From Octopus bimaculoides (lineage: Eukaryota): a stretch of 52,898 nt of DNA. The notes under the pieces are model-generated. The model made no database searches. It worked only from the letters and a program-made list of their open reading frames with translations, and had not been told where the DNA came from. Positions 23,721 through 37,579 of the stretch are shown one piece after another; the first letter of the stretch is position 1, and every line of letters begins with the position of its first letter. The stretch is from contig NC_068995.1 of the NCBI RefSeq assembly GCF_001194135.2, positions 1,193,676 through 1,246,573 of the forward strand, given 5' to 3'. The position numbers and the translations under genes are program-made.

Positions 23721-23865
23721 ATGAAGTGTGTAGTTATATATATGAAGATATACTGTTCTGTATTGTATTTATGTTTTCATTTCTGTATGTATATATGTAT
23801 GTGTATGTTTGTCTACATGTTTATATGTATTTGAATATTGATAAGTGTATATATGTGTTTGTTTT

Positions 23866-23900
<35 letters not shown>

Positions 23901-26538
23901 AAGTCAGTGCAAGGTGTAAAGAAGAGAAAATCAGAGATAAAGGCAAATGTGATAAGAGAAATATTTTGTGTGAGTTTTACATGTATCCATGGAAATAGTT
24001 GAGGTATTAGACATCACAGTTGGTGGGGTGGATTCAGGGTGGCTGGAGAGAGAGAGAGGGAAGTAATCGTATAAATAATAAGTGAGGGATGAGGAGAGAG
24101 AGAGAGAGAGAGAAGTACTTAAGTATAGGGGAGGAGAGGGAGTGGTTGAAGGGGAGAACTATTTAACTGAGAGAGGGAAAGGAGGAGGAGGAGACAACAT
24201 GAAGTTATGTAATACACGCATAAAGAATAATAGATATGTACACAATAGAATACGTATACACACACAAACGTATACACACATGCTCATATACAGTATGATA
24301 TAGTCACATACACAAACATACACATACACAAACATACACACCCAGCATCCTGCTTTATGGAAGTGCTGCCCTTTTGAAAAATGTTGCTGTGACGTGGAGC
24401 TCCATACAGGGCCATCTTAATGTTGTAGATCCCTCGGACTAATCAGTGCTCTGGGCCCTTTCAGTAGGTATTTATTGACAGCAAGCCCCAGACTATTTAG
24501 ATTAGAACTGGGCCCCTTGACCCATGAGCTGCCCCGACCCTGGGAACTGCCTAGTGTGCTTATTGTCTTAGGACAGCACTGGACCCATAATGTGGTCCCT
24601 ATTTTCCCCATTGGCTTCTGTGTTACATGGATGTCACATGAGAAAATGTTTTGTGCCACATTAACAGTGGATTTTCCTGAAGACATTTTGCAACATGACT
24701 GTATGGAGATAACTGTGTGTGTGTGTAGGAGTAGTGTGGCTGTGTTGAAGTTTGTTCCCCAACCACATGGTTTCAGGTTCAGTCCCACTGTGTGGGAGAC
24801 CTTGGGCTAGTGTCGTCTGCTATTGTCCTTGGCTGACCAAAGCATTGTCAGTGGATTTGGAAATAAAAACTGAAAGAAGCTCATATATGTGTGTGTGTGT
24901 TATCATTTAGTATCGGTGTGATTGAAACTGGTAAGCTGGAGGGCTACATTAGGTTCTAATCTGATTTGGCATGGTTTCTATAGCTGGATGCCCTTCTTAA
25001 TACCAACCACTCCAATATATATATATATATATATACACACACATGTATATGTGTATGTTTTTATTTTTTTGTTTTGGCATTGTGTGACACTTATGAATGT
25101 CATTGTCATACAAGCAGTGTTATTTATTTCCAATATTTTGGAAGAATATTGTCTGGCTACAGGGAAATATTACCTTGGCTTGGAAACAGCTGAGTGTTGG
25201 TGATAGGAAGAGCATCTAACCATAGAAATTCTGCCTCAATAAACTTCATCTGGACCATGCAAATGTGGAAAAATGAATTTTAAAATGATGATGATAAATG
25301 TATACAAGAGAAAAATTGAGTGAGACTAGAGCTGTGATTTTCTGGTGGTGGACATAATGCCTTGTTGTAATATCACCATCACTGCAGCCACCAAGACCTT
25401 GACCTTTCAACTCTGTTCAGCAAATATTTAGACCCAAATATAAATCCCAACCTTTATACCCAGCTCCCCATTACACCACTCAATGAATTATGATTTTGTT
25501 TTGATTTCCTTTTTTCCCTTTCTCTTTCTGTTTTCCTCTTCACCTGTCTTGGAGGTTTTGTTGAGATTTGAACTCTTGCCACCTGGGTGGCGGCCAATTC
25601 TAGTGGTGGCATCAGCTAGATACGACTTTATGAGACAGAATTTAATAGGCTAATGTACTTCCTGACGCCAACTCTTAGTCGTCTCCTACGACATACCACA
25701 AATACAATATACCTATTGTGAAAACCAGGATATATATATATATAAATAAAAGAGTACAAAAAATGGAATAAGAATGCAACAGGCGACAACAAAACACCCA
25801 GACAGTTGGACGATACAAAAAGGGACAAGAAAAAACAAGGATCGGTCATTCAGAGTTTTCTATCTTCAGTCGAGTTCCGAATCTTCTCAGCAGTTTCTGC
25901 TGGTTATACTCGAGACTGCTCCAATCTGGCCGGCCCCAAGAAAAATCTAAGCTTAGAGCACTATTTTTTTCTTTCTTGTAGTTTCAGCTCAGAGCTGTGG
26001 CCATGCTGGGGCACCACCGTTAAAATGGGTAATGAGTGCATATGCCATATTTTGGGTGTTTTTTGTTCCTTCTTCAGCACCGATTACCTGATACCTTTGG
26101 GTCTTCTTGACACCAATACCTTTCATACCCCATATATATATATATAAGTGTGTGTGTGGTGCAGATTGACCAAGATATTTGATTTCCCCATTTGCAAAGG
26201 TGAGTAGATACACACACATATTTATTACCAGCCAATTTTATATATACACATACACATGCATACACAGGCATGTAGACAAGTGAGCAGACAGAAATATAGG
26301 CACACACAATGAACCAACCTGCCAGTCCACTCTCAGGAGACACATATAAGCAAATGCGGACAGCTGTTCCCCACCTCCACATATCTATCCATTTGTTTAT
26401 CTGTCCATAGATAGATAGATAGATAGATAGACAGACAAACACACACACACAGTTGTGGAACCAGCCACATAAAAAGTTAACTTTAGTTTTGTCACCAAAC
26501 AGGAAGTCTTTTGTGTCTCTTTAATGACTATATTTGTC

Positions 26539-26576
<38 letters not shown>

Positions 26577-26959
26577 CTTGTGTTCTTCACACCTTGAAAC
26601 TTCCCTGTTTGACATTTAACACTGACTTTCACAGATTTTGATTGGTGGGCAAGGTGGAAAAAAAGAGAAAAAAAGCCGCCTTCTCTACGTTTTTGTATTT
26701 ATTACAGGTGTATTTATATATCTTTCTCTGTTTCTTTCTACCTGTGTGGTCATTATGGCTGACTTAATCTTATCACCCTACAACCTATTGACTTTAAACT
26801 TATGTGACGAAGAATTGAACTAGTGCTTCAACATTCTTCAGACAATGGCATGTTCAGAACTTATCACCAATCTACAATAATGGCACTTGCTCTCACACAC
26901 AGGTATCTGTGAACAAATGTACACACACATGCCATAACTTGTGCACATACATCACTCTC

Positions 26960-26994
<35 letters not shown>

Positions 26995-28027
26995 ACACAC
27001 TCAATTTGCTAGGATAGTTATCTGTGGGTCTTTACAGCCATGTTTGGGAAACACCACTTAAGCAATCAGGGGACAAAAAAGTCCAAAGTCTAACACAGGG
27101 GATATTAAGGACCAGGGCTCAGAAGCACAAAATTATTAAGGAGCAGGGTTTCACCTTGACAGTACTATTAAGGGACAGAGCTTAGCACTAGTTTGAGGGG
27201 GATGAATGGAGCATAAGCTCTCCCCTTGGATATGATACTTGTCTTCACATTTCACAAGGAGGATGGTGATGACACACTGCTATACAAGCTGCAGCAGTGT
27301 GACACCAGGCCACATGTTTTACAATGGTGTGGCACTGCAGCCACAGGAACCACACATATACCCCACAGGCCTTGGAGTTATACAGGTGAGGGTGGAGTGA
27401 CACTGGGATTATAACTACCCTCCTTGGCTGTGTGTGACAACACTGACACAAGGCTGCACAGCTAAGATTGTGTTGTTAAAATTTATCTGCAATAAATTGC
27501 TTATATTTCTAAAATTCAGAAAATATTAAAATTTTTTATACAATTCTTTGGAATATTTAATTATAAAAATTTAACAGGATTCTTTTTATATACATTGAAT
27601 GGCTACGAAGGTCCAGTGGAGTAAAATAGGAATGAAAGGGGTCCATTGGTAAAAATTGGTTGAGTACCACTGATATAGAGAAACAGGTGAGGGAGGTAGG
27701 GGTGTGAGTCTGTTTATCTCTCTTGTAATGTTAGGTCAATGACCTGTGTGTTGTTTGTGTGTGTGGTTATATAACAGACCATTGGGTTGGGGTTTGTTTC
27801 ATAATAATAATAATAATAATAATACAGGCCAGGGCTTTACTGTTGGTCATTGCCTTGGTATAAGAGAGAAGAGAATGCCTGGAGTTGTCTGTATTCCCAG
27901 AATAACAGACTTAAACATTTGAAGTAGTTTATGAATATGAGACAGACTTAGGATGTTTGGTCAGTTTTCATAGAAGGGTCAGGTGTGTTGAAGTTGGTTA
28001 GCATCTTTAAGACATTCAAATTCAAAG

Positions 28028-28066
<39 letters not shown>

Positions 28067-29489
28067 AAACAAGTAATAAGTAAATAAAAATACAAAAAAT
28101 AATCGTAATTTAGTGTTAATTGAATTGTTTGCCATAATTATTCCATAACCTTTTCATCGTGTCTTGCTTCCTCTCTTCCTTCCTTCCCTCCCCCCGCCAC
28201 TCCCATCCTCATTGACATTTAGTAAAAAAAACAACTTATAAGTGACATTATATGAGGACCAACAACAACAACAATAATTATATATTACACTTGTGTATAA
28301 TTGTGTGTATACAGAATTATGTATATAGTCCTACAAACAAATATAAGCATACATGAAGACGCACATATACACGCATGCGTGTGCAGCTATCTGCATGTGT
28401 GCTCACATGCATGCTCAGGAGACAAGCATTCATAATGTATTAATGCATGTGAGCACATGTCAGTGCATGTGGCCACATGCATAGTCACAGGCATGCATGT
28501 GCAAACTTATGCTTATACACACACATACAGGCACCCCTACCCATACACATCCATTTCTATGTGCGCGTGCGTGTGTGTGTATGCACATACACATAATTAT
28601 GCACACATGCATATATACCCCAAACGTACATATACACATGCACATACTTGTATACGTATACACACACACACACACACACGTACACATGCACACATGTACA
28701 CATGCACACCATGCACACATACACACTCACAGATACAAACCTGCAACTGTCAGCTAGGCTTTCATGCTGGAGACGAATTTTGCTGATGCAGGCTCATGGT
28801 CAACGTTGATGGACAGATGTCTTTATACACACACATTCATTTGTATCTTCATTTTAGTGTCCAGTCCTCCATACTGGAATGACTTACACAGGGAATTGAT
28901 CTCAAGGCTGGATGCTCATCTAGTTACTAACCCTCAAGTGATTTTCAAGCTCAGCTCCTTGATTGCTTTGGTTCATCAGTTGTAACCATCCTATTTTTTT
29001 TTGTGGAGGTTGGGGGTCATTCAATGTGACCTTCCTGTTTTAAGGCAGCAGGATATGATTTCACTGAGATTCGGTTGCTATTTCTAGCAGGTCAAGTTGC
29101 CACATGCATACTTCCTTTTTGACTCCTAAGCAGTGGTGAGACAAGTTTTTCTCAAAGATTTTTTTCTTTTCTATGAGAAAACCCAAACTCTACCACCACC
29201 ACCACCACCACCACCACCACTTCAGCCACCACCACAACTACAGCCACCACCACCAATACTACTATTACTAACTGGTTTATGACATGTTGTGTTTACTTAA
29301 CTGTCTTGAGAGGTTAGTCATCATCTGGAGTTAATGTAATCCTAGGTTCCAATCTCATCTGAAGCTAATGATGTAGGAACCGGCATCTGTTTACCATTAA
29401 CTACACTGACTCTGTCGCTTCATCCTTTTCTCAACATACACTGTCTGTCTGTCTGTCTGTCTGACTTTAGAAGTTTGTGTGTGCGTGTG

Positions 29490-29537
<48 letters not shown>

Positions 29538-29859
29538 GGCACACATATGTATAATTAGATGTGGGTGTATATATGAATGAGTGTGTATGTGTGGGTGTGT
29601 AAATTTGAATGGTACTCACTAACATAAGGATGTATGTAAAAGCATACGCATACTGATATGTGTGTGCATGTGTATATATGTGTGCTTATACACACATGCA
29701 TACAGAAATGTGCGTACACATATATAAATGCAGGTATGTCAGTATTTGGATGCTTTCACATACATTTGTATTCATATTAGAGAATGTACATAGGTGTACA
29801 CATACACACACACACATGTATATAATGCACGTATGTGTGTATATATAACATGGAGAGGC

Positions 29860-29965
29860 CCAAGGCCAAATATTTGCATGATGGAGGGGCCAGTCAATTA
29901 TCTCAATCCCAATCTTTGGGTGGAGTTTAAAGGCAAAGAGAACCTTACCCAGATTTGAACTCAGA
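29860..29965 (+). mobile_element. Highly decayed Tc1-like transposase fragment
   Basis: ATGGAGGGGCCAGTCAA...CTCAATCCCAATCTTTGGGTGGAGTTTAAA resembles the MEWPSQSPDLNPIENLWxELK motif with indels. Confidence 0.35.
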
Positions 29966-30458
29966 TTTTTCCAATCCGCTGATGTGTGGATATGTAAGTG
30001 TACACACACACACACACACACATGTACACATGTTGATTGGCATAAGACAAGGCACCTAGCTGTAGAAACCCTACCAGAATAAACACTGGAGCATGGCACT
30101 TCTCTTCCACCATAAGATCTGGTCTTTGTTGTGGTTTGGTGGCCAGTGTGCCTCAGTGACCCTGTAAGAGATGCAGCCAGAGAAGAACAAGCTCCTGGTA
30201 GAGTCTCCGATGCTGGACAGGTAAAAAGACAGAAGCCAGACTAATATTTGGACCCTCTATTCCCAGAAGTAAAACTAGGGTTTGCAGATGACCAACTCCC
30301 CTACCTAGAAAAAAGAAAAGACAGTAAGGATCCACTCTCAAAGAGAAACCAAAAACAAAAGTTATGGAAGCCTTGTTAGCAAATGAAAATGAACAAGGGA
30401 GAAGGGCCTTTCCTCAGGTAAACTTCTGCCCACAAGGCATTTATTCCCTAGAAATAGG

Positions 30459-30600
30459 TGGAAGAAGGATACTGAGGTAGAGCTGGAAAAGCAAGGATCC
30501 AACTGGGGAGAAGCAGAAAAGACAATTGATAGTGAAGAACAGTGAAGAAAAATTGTTGTTGGCCTAAATTCTATGGGAAGAGAAGGGCTGAAGTAAGTAC
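30459..30600 (+). mobile_element. RTE-clade LINE 3' end fragment
   Basis: WKKDTEVELEKQGSNWGEAEKT...*RKIVVGLNS...K*, followed by TAAGTA, as in RTE C-termini. Confidence 0.55.
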
Positions 30601-32315
30601 ACTCCTCCGTCTCATTGGTTCCTTTTTAATCATCCAACTTATGGCAGCATGGAAGATAGAAAGCAAACGATGATGATGTTTCATATATAATCTTCTGCTG
30701 CTCTAATAGCTCTGCCAATCCACTGATGTGTGTGTGTCTGTTCGTATACACACATTTTGAAGTGTGTGTTTATAAAAACTAATTAAGTGTTAATTAGTGT
30801 CTTCACCACCTGAGAAATATTGACCAAAAATTTTAGAATCTAATTATTAACAGACTATTAACAGAATCTAATTATTAACAGACCTTCAAGCTAGTGTGTG
30901 TGTGTGTGTGTGGAGATGGGGTAGGTAGGTTTTTATTTTGTGGGTAGGAATATGGTGAGTGAATGTGAGAGTAGAGTTGTGTTTATGGTTTTGTGTGTGT
31001 GTGTGTGCGCACACGCATGTTTTTAATGTATATTTGTGTTTATTGTGTGTATTTCAAATGTGTTCAGCCTATCTGTGGGGATTGTCGTGACTGGATTGAA
31101 CTACTTGTTCAGGACTGGCCTTGGGCTAAGCAAGAATAGCAAAATATGGAAGAATGAGATTAAACGGTCTGCAAAAAGTGTATATTTCTATACTTGTGTG
31201 TGTGTATGTGTGCTTGTGTTTATATTGAACTCTGTGTATGTTTATGTAATCTGTTAGGTGTACATGTATGTTTATATGTATCTGGCTTTGTATACGTGTC
31301 TGTCTGTCTGTCTGTCTGTGTAAGGGTGCATGTACATGAATATCTGTGTGGGTGTATGTATATTTGGGTGTGAGTTTATGTATGTTCAGACGTATATATT
31401 TGTGTGTGTATATGTATATATGTGTCTGTGTGTTTACATATATGTACACATATACACGCACACACACACACACACCTGCTGTTTTATACACTCCATGTGT
31501 TGGAGAGTTCTACAACTTTAAAATATTTTTGTTAGTTGTTGGTGAAAGTGTTTTTGCAGATGAAAAAGACCATTTTTGTGAAGGGAGAGAGTGGATCCTT
31601 ACCGTCTTTGATTAAAAAGGCAGAAAGTATGCTCTTAGATCCCGAGCATCATAGATTTCAGACGAAACTAGTGTTAGTATCGGTCTTGTTTTTCAGTGAC
31701 CAATATCATCAAATGTGTCCTTCTGTATTATAGGTAGTAGATTGTGATTTGAGGGACATTTAGCTGCTATATCTACCAAACATGTATAGGTTCCTTTGTT
31801 GCTTTACATATAATCTTGTAACTTTTCTTTTTGCTTTTTGAAAGTTTTGTTCTTGTGTCATCTAAGGTCAGTTCTGAGAGCACAAGCTTAACTCATTGAG
31901 ATAATCTGGAGGATTTAATCCGCAGATCATTTGTTCCAGATATGCAATAGCCACAATATGTGCAAACATAGCTTATGGTTCACAAGTTTGCTTCCTGACC
32001 ACATGGGTCTGGGTTCAATTCCACTGCATCACACCTTGGGAAAGTGTCTTCTACTATAGCCCCAGACCAACCAAAACGTTGTGAATGGATTTGCTAGATG
32101 GAAACTGAAAGGAGCCCATTGTGTGTGTGTTACTGACTGTCTTTTTGCTTTGGCATCATGATGGCTGTAAACGAGTGTCATTGTTGTACAAGCAGTAGCC
32201 TTCATTTCCACTCTTCCATGAAAACATGTTTGGTCATGGGGAAATGTCGACTTGCTTGGAAACAGGTTGGCGATGTGTATATATATGTATGCATATATAT
32301 GTGTACATATATGTA

Positions 32316-32353
<38 letters not shown>

Positions 32354-32461
32354 CACACACACACATATATATATTTGGTATTGTTGTTCAGCTTGTAAGT
32401 ATTGGTGTTGTATATATGTATGTGTGTATATATATGTGTATATATAATGTGTAATGTATAC

Positions 32462-35400
32462 GTAATTGTAGCTTGTTAACAAAGCCTTGTCACATTGTAA
32501 AATGTTGTGCTTCAACAACTGTGAATGGTAATAAAATATAAACACACCTTGTTTACCTGTTTAGACCACCACCACCACCACCCGACAACAGCTACTGGGT
32601 GGACTGGGTGATAGGAGGGAGGAGGGAGCTAGCAAAGAGGTGGGTGGGGTGGAAGTGGAATAACAACACATAATGTAGCCTCTAATTAATTGACCTACCA
32701 CCATTAGTTATTAAACAAAGAGAATAATAATAATAATAATCCTATAGATAGTGTCTTTCACCTGTAACACAGAAACCCACCTAAATAGACCTGATTAACC
32801 CCTGTATCTACCTAGCTGTATATAAACGTACCCTTTATATAGACTGACAATGAGCGTTCTACCCCTGCCCTACTTCCTTAATGATTCATCTTAGGTTCAA
32901 GGTTATGAGGTTATCTATCTCTCTCTCTCTCTCTCATACACAACATTTCCGTATATTATGCAGATGGGGGTTATTAAAATCCAAGCTGTGTTCCCATGAA
33001 ACACATTTGCATATTGCAGTCGTCCAAAGATGTTATTTCACATGAGAAATAAATAGATTGGAGAATACTGGAAAATACTTTTTGCAGTGTGTGTCTTCTA
33101 CCTCTGTCTCTGTCTGCTTCTTTTCTGCATGTTTATTTGTTGTTGCTGTTTAGCCCCAGTTTAATAAACACCCATCAGCTAAACCTATGATCAAAACATT
33201 CCACTAATGACCACCACATTTTTTCATTATCTGGATGCCATTACATCCTTCCATTTCTAAAGAGTGAGTTTCGAAGGGAATTTCTCAAAATGAGCAAATA
33301 AGTTTTTTTGTTGGAATCTTGGAAGATTTGTGTGTGTATATTTTGTCTTTTATTTGTTCCAGTCTTTGAACTGTGGCCATGCTGGAGTACCGTCTTGAAG
33401 GGTTTTATTTGAACAAATCAACCCCAGTCCTTCATTTAAAACCTGGTACTTATTCTATCAGTTGCTTATGCCAAACTGCTAAGTTACAGTAGACATAAAC
33501 AAACCAACACCACTTCTCAAGTGGTGGGGTGCAAGCACACACACATTTATATACACAGACATGAAAAGGGCTTCTTTCAGTTTCTGTTTATAAAATCCAC
33601 TCACATGGCTTTTTTTGGCCTGAGGCTTTAGCAGAAGATACATCGTTAATAAAGACTAATTTACATATTTCTCACTGTTTCTGAAGTTGTTTTCCAAATG
33701 CAAAAAAAATCTTTCTTGTTAAGATTGAAGAATTGAATTTGATGGAAGATGGCTGCTTACTGTGGTGTAATCAGGAGCATGTCCGTCGTCTTTGTTGTTA
33801 AAGTCCCACTCACTTTCTGCCTTTCTACACCCAAGGAATTTTTTATCCAATATATTATAAACTATTATCTTTAGATGAATTAATTTCTTAATGCTTCTGC
33901 AATTGCATTTTAAATATAAATCAAATTACCATGGAATATTTGACTGTTACATTAAGCAAGTCTAGAGACACCTCAGCATTGAGGATTTTATATATATACA
34001 TACATACATACATACATACATATATTAAAATAAGTGTCAAAAAATTTGAGGACAAAGTTTACTCTTTTCCTAAGTCATTTGCAGAGGCAAGTTGTCTCTG
34101 CTAAACTTACTCCATTCCATACTTAACAGTGCTATAAGCGGTGAACAGGATCTAGATGCCAATAAGTCATTAACAAAACATTTTGGAAAAACTATGTGAA
34201 AGTGCTGAGACCTTTCTCTACACTTGTCTTGTCTTCCTTTTAAATATCTTTTCAAAATGAGGTGTGTTTTTGAGGTCAAATCATCCTCAACACCAGGAAA
34301 TACAGTGCATACAAACTCATTTTCTTCTGGCTAGTGTCCTTGTTTACAAGACAGAAAGATATTTGTGAAAAATTTTGAGATTTCAGGACTGCACTGTGAG
34401 AGTAAAGTTTAAATAACAAATTCAGACTCGTTTGTTAACGACTCTACTTATTTTAAAAACAGTAGGGAGTTTCTTGTGGTAGATTTTGTTGTTATGTTGT
34501 CTGGACTCGTTCGGAGGTTTGCAAGATCTGAGCTGAGCATTTCTTTCTGTATATGTCTGCGGGAAGAGAACCTAACAAAGTTGATGCTGGAATATATTCC
34601 AAAGCAAGATTGACCTTTCAGAGATTTTTGTTTTTTTACTGACCTTTTTTTTCTGTTTTCTGAGTGGAAAAGAATGAAAAAAAAAAATTTAAAACAAAGA
34701 AAACTAAATTAAAAGAGAAAAATAGCAACAATAACATTTTTTTTAAAAATGTGATGGAAAGAAAAAAAAAGGAACAAAAATTACAAAAGAAAACATTAAG
34801 GTTAACATTAAGACAAGAGTGTGGTAGAGGGGTGGGGTTGGGGGTTCGTGCAAATAATAGCAAAGGGGAGTTGGGAGGATAGAACAGACAAGATGGGAGG
34901 GGGAGCAGATAGAAGGGGAGAAGGGGAAGAGAATGAAGAGTGTGGTTGGTATTTAGGCTGTTCTTAAAAAAGGTCAGCAGGTCAGGTGAGGAAGAGGTGC
35001 AGTTTTCTGGGAGGGAGGGGAGTAGTGGGGGGAGGAGGAGGTGCTATTGACTCAAGGTTTGTTTTGTGTTTTTGTTCTTTTTTCTCTCTCTCTCCCCAGT
35101 TTGGGTATTTACATGACATTTCATTAGTTGGGAAATAGTTTTATATGTTTTGTCTAGATTGGTTACATCACTATCCCCGGGTTCGATTCCCAGTCGTTGT
35201 CACTTGTCTTTTTATCACTCCACTGTCCTTAACTCTTTGTAATTTCCAACAAGAAGTTAAGGCATACACACACACACACACACATACGTGTTGAACTATC
35301 CAATCTATGCCACCATAGAAAAAGAGAAACCGTGAAGCCAACCCAATGTTCCTTATAATGCGGACTAACCATGTTGTCTTTAGTTTCCTCAACACTTCTT

Positions 35401-37326
35401 CCTTTTGCTTCTCATTCTGAAGAATTGGAGTCCACAATTTCAAAGATTCTCCCAACATCTAATTCTCTCTGTGAGTCTTCTTCATCTTCATCATTCTCAT
35501 TTAATGTCCACTATTCTATGCTTGTATGAGTCAGACGGAATTTTTTGAGGAAGATTCAGCCTGATGCCTTTCCTGAAATTAACCCTTGCCTAATACCTAG
35601 TGAACAAAAGTTTTCCCTTGGCCAGACATGATTCTCATGAAAGAATGGAACATCACTTGGATGTGATGTCAAGACAAGGACATAACACACACACCACACA
35701 TATATGTATGTGTGTGTGTTTATATGTTTATATGCATATACATGAACTTCTTCCTGTTTTCATGTACTAAATCTGTTTACAAGCCCTTGGTCAACTGAGG
35801 CTATAGTAGAAGCCACTTGCAGATGCTGTGCAGTGGGCCTGAACCCAAGATCACATGGTTCGGAAGCAAGCTTCTTAACTGCACAGCCACACTTGCGCTT
35901 ATGTCAAGCTAATAATCACACTTCATTTTGTTTGTCATTAATGTGTGTTTGTATACTTCAGCTGGTATTGAACTCACTAAAAGTTTATTACTGTTTATAT
36001 GGGGAGATAGGGACTTCCAGTATCTTTTTTTTTTGTCACATTGACAAGTAATCGATCACCAATTATAGATTAAAATCAAAATACTTTGTCTCCCTCCCCT
36101 CGTCTGCTCCTCATCATTATCTTAATTCCTCCACACAAACCAAAAGATAAAAGTTCACTAGTGTGTTGTCATGACAACAGTTATATAAAATGGGACAGTT
36201 CAAACTATTTATCTGTTCTTAATTAATAAATTTATTACTAATCATCATCATTTAGTGTCCCCCTTTCCATACTTGCTTGGCTCGAGTGGAATTTATTGAG
36301 GAAGATTTTCTATGGCTGGATGCTCATCCTGTTGCCAACATTCATTTGTTTCCAAACAAGGCAGCATTTCCCCACGACTGGACATGTTCTTCACTGAAGA
36401 TTGGAAAGGCTTTTATGACACTAAAGAGGTTTACAACTATCCTACAATGTCAAGACATAAACACACACACAAACAAGAATACTGCAAATGGATGTTTCAG
36501 GGTGTCGCTACATTAGATAGATAGAGAACAGGCTTCTTTCAGTTTCCATTTACCAAATTTACTCACAAAGCCAAACAGTGGGACTGAATGCAAAACAAGG
36601 GAGGCAAGCAAATCTATTAACACAGCTTCATCTACACCTATTATTGTTAATTATTATTAGTATTGTATTATTATTGTTAATGAATTGTGATGTTTTGAAA
36701 GAGTCTGGCAATAGATGAGGCTGGAAGATGTATTACTATGGCGACTGCTCAGCAGTATGTAATGTAGAGCATGGTTACTATAATGACTCTACATAAGTGC
36801 TATGTAGAGTGTGGTTGTTATGGAGACTGTTAAGAGCTATGTAGAGTATGGTTGCTATGGTGACTTAAGTACGATGTAATGTAGAATATAGTTGCTATGG
36901 AGACTTCAGTCTTGGGTTGTGAAGAGCATGGTTACTATGGAGATTATTCAGTTCAGTGTAAGTGTAGGCCATGGTTGCCATGGTGACTGTTCTAATACTT
37001 CTCCAGTATTAATGTTCAAATTGCTTCCAAGAATTTTGGTGCTAAGTTTTGTTCTGTTCTGCAGCAGATATATCTAACCCACGTGATAATGGAACACCTG
37101 CCAACTGCTCCTGGTGATGAGGATGTCATCTTCCCTATATTTTGCCTTTCTGTAAATACGAGAGTCAGTCCTAGGCAAAGCTGATGAATAAGTCCAGACC
37201 TGATGTGAAATACAGGCCTCATTTCAACTGGTAACAGACCCCATTTCAAACTGTTTATTTGTATGTCAATAACAATCAATCTATGGTATGGGTTACCTGT
37301 GCCACTACCGTCCAGTCGTTGGCCAT
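32462..37326 (-). other. Candidate nested antisense multi-exon gene of unrecognised family (putative exons 37297-37326, 37076/37098-37145, 34448-34556, 34111-34151 or 34111-34326, 33761-33824, 32462-32518)
   Basis: aagATGG start with a GTAACC donor; strong acceptors ttctcttcccgcAG (34557) and ttttattaccattcacAG (32519); GTAAGT (34110) and GTAAGC (33760) donors; several phase-compatible chains. No recognised domain and some splice sites are weak. Confidence 0.3.
36732..36987. repeat. ~40-bp-period minisatellite, 7 units, each with an RFX X-box-like 14-mer
   Basis: ATTACTATGGCGAC 36732, GTTACTATAATGAC 36774, GTTGTTATGGAGAC 36814, GTTGCTATGGTGAC 36851, GTTGCTATGGAGAC 36891, GTTACTATGGAGAT 36931, GTTGCCATGGTGAC 36974. 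Confidence 0.85.
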
Positions 37327-37579
37327 CTTTAGCGTCTGTTACAAGCTTTCAAACCAGTCCCGAACATAACCCCCCACCTCGTCGTCGCTCCACGTCTTTC
37401 CTTACAATGTAAACATATAAACACCAAAGCTGAGTGATCTACTTCATCTGTCTAACAGCACCAGAAACGGCTGTGGGCTGACACTGTCTCTTCTCCCTTA
37501 AGCAATCTTATATATGGCAAAAATATGAAAGCTAGATTTTATATTTTGTACATATTATGTAATATAAGTTTAATATACA

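Noticed and set aside
26635-26707. Plus-strand cryptic exon (actgactttcacAG; DFDWWARWKK...)
   Set aside because: Weak donors and no independent support; such sites are expected by chance in 35 kb.
35360-35458. Minus-strand block MLGESLKLWTPILQNEKQKEEVLRKLKTTW as an exon of the nested candidate
   Set aside because: Purine-rich acceptor context abutting a SINE tail, and its phase gives a stop when joined to the next candidate exon.
36732-36987. Regular ~40-bp repeat superficially like a CRISPR array
   Set aside because: The intervening sequences are related to each other, the DNA is eukaryotic and there are no cas genes; it is a minisatellite.
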